A DNA stretch of 53,427 nt. It comes from Octopus bimaculoides. Lineage: Eukaryota. The stretch's first letter is position 1. Each line of letters starts with the position of its first letter. Positions 48,353 to 53,427 of this stretch are shown piece by piece. The stretch lies in contig NC_068982.1 in NCBI RefSeq assembly GCF_001194135.2, forward strand, positions 100,222,201 through 100,275,627, read 5' to 3'. Made by a program: the position numbers and the translations under genes. The notes under the pieces were generated by a model that made no database searches, had not been told where the DNA came from, and saw nothing but the letters and a program-made list of their open reading frames with translations.

Positions 48353-49225
48353 ATGGCTATGTAATAAGAAGCTTGCTTCCCAACCACATTCCAGGTTCAG
48401 TCCCACTGCATGTCACCTTGGGCAAGTGTCTTCTACTTGAGCCTCGGGCCGACAAAAGCCTTGTGAGTGGATTAGGTAGATGGAAACTGAAAGAAGCCTA
48501 TTGTATATATATTCGTGATTGAACCAAATTCGATGACTGGCACCTGTGCCAGTGGAGCGCTAAGAGCACCGTCTGAGCGTGATCATTGCCAGAGTAGCCG
48601 TCTGGCTTCCGTGCTAGTGGCACGTAAATAGCTCCATTTGAGCGTGATCGTTACCAGCGTTGCCTTAATGGCACTTGTGCTGGTGGCACGTGAACAAAAC
48701 ATTCAAGCGAGGTCATTGCCAGTGCTGCTGAACTGGCTCCTGTGCAGGTGGCACGTAAAATATACCATTTTGAGCATGGCCGTTGCCAGTACCACCTGAG
48801 TAGCCTTCATGCCGGTGGCACGTAAAAGCACCCACTACACTCTTGGAGTGGTTGGCGTTAGGAAGGGCACCCAGCTGTAGAAACTCTGCCAGATCAGATT
48901 GGAGCCTGGTGCAGCCACCTGGTTCGCCAGTTCTCAGTCAAATCGTTCAACCCATGCTAGCATGGAAGGCGGATGTTAAATGATGATGATGATGTTGATA
49001 TATCTATTTGTTTGTTCCCCCACCATCACTTGAGAACTGATGTTGGTGTGTTTTTGACCCCCCCCCCCCAACTTATAATTTAGCAGTTCGGCAACAGAGA
49101 ATGATAGAATAAGTACTAGGTTTATAAAGAATAAGTCTTGGGGTTAATTTGTTCGACTAAAACCCTTCAAGGCAGTGATTTAGCATGCCAGCAGTCAAAT
49201 GACTGAAATGTGTAAACGAATAAGA
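48353..49225 (+). mobile_element. Composite SINE split by an RTE 3'UTR segment
   Basis: Head and core at 48353-48500, second half and tail at 49005-49225. Confidence 0.8.
48517..48994 (+). mobile_element. RTE LINE 3'UTR fragment
   Basis: Hairpin-array units and terminal GCATGGAAGGCGGATGTTAAATGATGATG. Confidence 0.9.
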
Positions 49226-49349
49226 AAATTATCTGGAACTACAGTATTTAATGTTTTCATTCTTTTGTAAGATGTGAAAGTTTCACTGTTGGTATTACAT
49301 GTACGTTTATATGTTGTGGGGGGAGAGGGGTTAATTGAGGTGGTAAAGT

Positions 49350-49731
49350 TGTTGGCACTCCGTCGCTTACGACGTCGAGGGTTCCAGTTGATCCAATCAA
49401 CGGAACAGCCTGCTCGTGAAATTGACGTGCAAGTGGCTGAGCACTCCACAGACACATGTACCCTTAATGTAGTTCTCGGGGATATTCAGCGTGACACAGT
49501 GTGACGAGGCTGACCCTTTGAATTATAGGCACAACAGAAACAGGAAGTAAGAGTGAGAGAAAGTTGTGGTGAAAGAGTACAGCAGGGTTCGCCACCATCC
49601 CCTGCTGGAGCCTCGTGGAGCTTTAAGTGTTTTCGCTCAATAAACACTCACAACGCCTGGTCTGGGTATTGAAACCGCGATCCTATGACCGCGAGTCCGC
49701 TGCCCTAACCACTGGGCCATTGCGCCTCCAC
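49350..49731 (-). mobile_element. Full-length tRNA-derived SINE (third family) with 11-bp TSD
   Basis: Head GTGGAGGCGCAATGGCCCAGTGGTTAGGGC, B-box-like GGTTTCAATACC, tail GTGCCAACA. Flanks GGTGGTAAAGT (49339-49349) / GGTCGTAAAGT (49732-49742). Confidence 0.9.
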
Positions 49732-50012
49732 GGTCGTAAAGTACAGACACAAAAACAAGCATTCTTAAAAATTCATATAACCTACTAACAGATAATATAT
49801 ATAAATGCAGACACGTTGAGTGATTAAAGGTTCACTCAGCAACCATGTAATTTTGGGCTTTATTCTGCTGTGGAGCATCTTGGACAGGTATTTTCTACTA
49901 CAGATATTGATTGACTAATGACTGCAGAAACTATGCGGAAGCCTGACATGTATGTACATGAATATATGTTTCATCAGTTGTACAATGGCTTCCTGAAAAT
50001 GTTAAACTTTAA

Positions 50013-50060
<48 letters not shown>

Positions 50061-50061
<1 letters not shown>

Positions 50062-50200
50062 ATCATCATCATCATTTAACGTCTGTTGTCCATGCTGGCA
50101 TGGGTTGGACAGTTTGATCAGAGCTGGTAAGCTGAGGGCTGCACCAAACTTGAGTCTGATTTGGCATGGTTTCTAATGCCAACCACTCTGAGAGTGTAAT
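50061..50200 (-). mobile_element. RTE-tail fragment
   Basis: ATCATCATCATTTAACGTC..CCATGCTGGCATGGG. Confidence 0.8.
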
Positions 50201-50695
50201 AAGTGGCGAGGCAGTCAGAATTTTGGACATATCTTTATTAGCACTTTTGTTCATCTAACCGAACTCTTAAAAAAAAATTGGTTCAACTTTTCTTGAAGAG
50301 TTCAGTTAAACGAATGAAAGTGTTAATAAAGAATTATCTGAAATTCTGACTGTCTCTTTTTTCTTAATATGCAATGTCTGTACACCACTTCAAACACCCT
50401 ATACATCGTCATCATTTAATGTGCATCTTCCATGCATGCATGGGTAGGACGGTTGACAGGAGCCGGCCAGGTAGAAAAATGACTCTCGGCTACATACATA
50501 CATACATATATATATATATATATCTACACACACACACACACACATATACAGTGTATATGTATATTACATGTATGTATGTATGTAACATATGTATCTGTAT
50601 TTGTGTTTGTATATATGTTTTTACATATATGCATTTATACATGTGTATATAAATGTGTATGCATGTATTTGTACACATTTGTATGTGTGTATATA

Positions 50696-50740
<45 letters not shown>

Positions 50741-50843
50741 TTATGTGNNNNNNNNNNATATGTATATTTGTATATATATATATATATATATATGTTTGTG
50801 TATATGTATGTTTATGCGTGTGTACATATATATATGTTTGTGT

Positions 50844-51788
50844 ATCATCATCATTATCATTGTTTAACGTCCACTTTCCATGCTAGCATGAGTTGGACAA
50901 TTTGACTGAGGACTGGCAAACCAGATGGCTGCACCAGGCTCCAATCTGATCTGACAGAGTTTCTACAGCTGGATGCCCTCACTAACACCAACCACTCTGA
51001 GAGTGTAGTGGGTGCTTTTACATGCCACCGGCATGAGGGCCTGTCTGGTTGTACTGGCAACGGCCACGCTCAAATGGTGCTTTTTACATGCCACCTGCAC
51101 AAGAGTCAGTCCAGTGGCACTGGCAACGACCTCGTTTGAATGTTTTGTTCACGTGCCAGTAAGGCAACGCTGGTAACGATCATGCTCAAATGGTGCTTTT
51201 TACCTGCCACCGGCATGGAAGCTAGACAGCTACTCTGGCAGTGATCCCACTCGGATGGTACTGTTAGCGCTCCACTGGCATGGGTGCCAGTCATTGAATT
51301 TGGTTCAATTTCGATTTCACTTGCCCCAACAGGTCTTCGCAAGCTGAGTTTAGTGTCCAATGAAGGAAGGTTGGCATGGGTGCCAGTCGTCAAATTTGGT
51401 TCGATTTCAATTTCACTTGCCTCAACAGGTCTTCGCAAGCAGAGTTTTGTGTCCAAAGAAGGAAAGGTACGCATAAGTGGGCTGGCTATACCCCTGGTAA
51501 AAGCCACGGGTTATGGTCTCACTTGTCTTGCTGGCTCTTCTCATGCACAGCATATTTCCAAAGGTCTCGGTCACTAGTCATTGCCTCGGTGAGACCTAAT
51601 GTTCGAAAGTCGTGCTTCACCACCTCATCCCAGGTCTTCCTGGGTCTACCTCTTCCACAGGTTCCCTCAACCGCTAGGGTGTGGCACTTTTTCACACAGG
51701 TATCCTCATTCATTCTCGCCACATGACCATACCAGTGCAATCGTCTCTCTTGCACACCACAACTGATGCTTCTTAGGTTCAACTTTTT
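50844..51788 (-). mobile_element. RTE LINE 3' end (ORF tail plus full 3'UTR)
   Basis: KLNLRSISCGVQERRLHWYGHVARM..GRGRPRKTWDEVV..DRDLWKYAV, a duplicated ~105 bp block, hairpin array and (GAT)n tail. Confidence 0.95.
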
Positions 51789-51848
51789 GTATATATATAC
51801 ATTTATGTGTATATATGTTTGTGTACATATATGTTTATATATATATAT

Positions 51849-52030
51849 ACTCTTTACTCTTTTACTTGTTTCAGTCATGTGACTGTGGCCACGCTGGAGC
51901 AAATCGACTCCAGGACTTATTCTTTGAACGCGTAGTACTTATTCTATCGGTCTCTTTTGCCGAAGCGCTAAGTTACGGGGATGTAAATACACCAGCATCG
52001 GTTGTCAAGCGATGTTGGGGGGACAAACAT
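51849..52030 (-). mobile_element. Composite SINE 3' half (rest in gap)
   Basis: Reverse-complement match to 22450-22645. Confidence 0.85.
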
Positions 52031-52266
52031 ATACATNNNNNNNNNNNNNNNNNNNNNNNNNNNNNNNNNNNNNNNNNNNNNNNNNNNNNNNNNNNNNNNN
52101 NNNNNNNNNNNNNNNNNNNNNNNNNNNNNNNNNNNNNNNNNNNNNNNNNNNNNNNNNNNNNNNNNNNNNNNNNNNNNNNNNNNNNNNNNNNNNNNNNNNN
52201 NNNNNNNNNNNNNNNNNNNNNNNNNNNNNNNNNNNNNNNNNNNNNNNNNNNNNNNNNNNNNNNNNN

Positions 52267-52299
<33 letters not shown>

Positions 52300-52779
52300 T
52301 TATGTATATACATATATATATCTCCGTTTTTGGCCTCATCGTGCACCATGGATCCACATACTCCTGACTCTGCCTGGAACAGCGTTACATTTTCAGTCTA
52401 CAAACACAAACTCCTTTCGAACTCAACACAACCCCCTCCTCTTAACAACTGTCTCTACACCCTCCCTAAAAAAAGCATCTTTTTATTTTATTTTATTTTA
52501 TTTTCTCTTCTCTTATACCCACTTACTTTTTTTACACTGTTACCTTTTTGCGATTTTTTATCGTTTTTTTTTCCATTGAATTTTAAAACTTTTTAATTGT
52601 ATTGTTTTATAATTGTATTAATTTCTATTTTATCCTTTTAATTTTAATTTTTTAATTTTATATTGTATGTTATTTTTTGTATTTTCTATTCATTTTTCAT
52701 TTTTACATCTTGTACCCTTCCCCTCCTTTTCCCCCTTTTCAGTCACTCTTATTTTATATTTTATTTCTGTATTCATGTA

Positions 52780-53065
52780 CACATACATACACACGCATAC
52801 ATATACATATGCACGTACATGAACGCACATATGCCTCCTCACACACCACACACATACACACACACCTGCACACTCTTGCGCGTACACACTCACACATGTG
52901 CACAGGAATGCATATATACCTCCGCACACACAATCCCACGTACACACTCACATACATGCTCATACATACATGCACACATACACGCATGCGCACAAACATA
53001 AATGCACATATACCTCACACACAACATGCACACAGACACGCACATATACACACGCACTCACAGGA
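52780..53065. repeat. Degenerate (CA)n/(CATA)n low-complexity tract
   Basis: Direct reading. Confidence 0.9.
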
Positions 53066-53427
53066 AAGCAAAAGACGAATGATCATGATAATCAGTCCGC
53101 TACTCTAGCCTAGTTGTTACTACTCCCCAATGTAGGATTCCTCACCTACAGGTGACAGGCACAGCTGTAAGATGCATTACGGATCTATAGCAATTGGAAG
53201 GGCATGACCCAATTGAAATAACGTGTGACGCTTGGAGTAAAGGGAAATGAAAGTGTCGCCTCTGGAGTTTGCAAATGACCACTATACCGATAGGTAACTG
53301 TGCAGAAAAAATTTATAATCGATAAATGTCTTAGAACAACCAGTCACTCATCTGGGAAGGCCTTGAAATCAATGTTATCAACTGGGGACTATGTGTGTCG
53401 CAGTGATAATAAAAAGACTGAAAGGAG

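Noticed and set aside
48192-48364. C-terminal 57 codons of the 497-aa ORF
   Set aside because: Read-through past a strong GTAAGT donor into T-rich intron and SINE sequence.
49660-49731. tRNA gene
   Set aside because: A/B-box-like motifs continue into a SINE body with a TSD, and no complete cloverleaf could be drawn. The same applies to the other SINE heads.

Overview
AT-rich, repeat-dense draft animal genomic DNA with about 3 kb of N gaps. The repeat families look like a coleoid cephalopod (Octopus-like); this is inferred from repeat content only. One host coding exon is supported: a 1.3 kb + strand exon (CDS 46871-48191, donor at 48192). It encodes an N-terminal cluster of SUMO-interacting motifs followed by a helical domain that aligns by eye to the Nse5-like domain of SIMC1/SLF1 (SMC5/6 regulator). 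The gene continues beyond the exon but its later exons were not found. Most of the remainder is decayed mobile DNA. Retroelements: several 5'-truncated RTE LINEs (PHD finger inside the RT region, hairpin-array 3'UTR), an RTE-type endonuclease fragment, HERO, CRE and R4/Dong restriction-like-endonuclease LINE remnants, a Penelope-like element with very long Asn-rich linkers, and at least three tRNA-derived SINE families. DNA elements: two mariner relics, a hAT/Charlie-type element, a non-autonomous Helitron with intact ends, and four foldback/MITE families. Microsatellites are abundant. No CRISPR, rRNA or bona fide tRNA gene was seen. All family assignments come from motif recognition by eye, not database searches.
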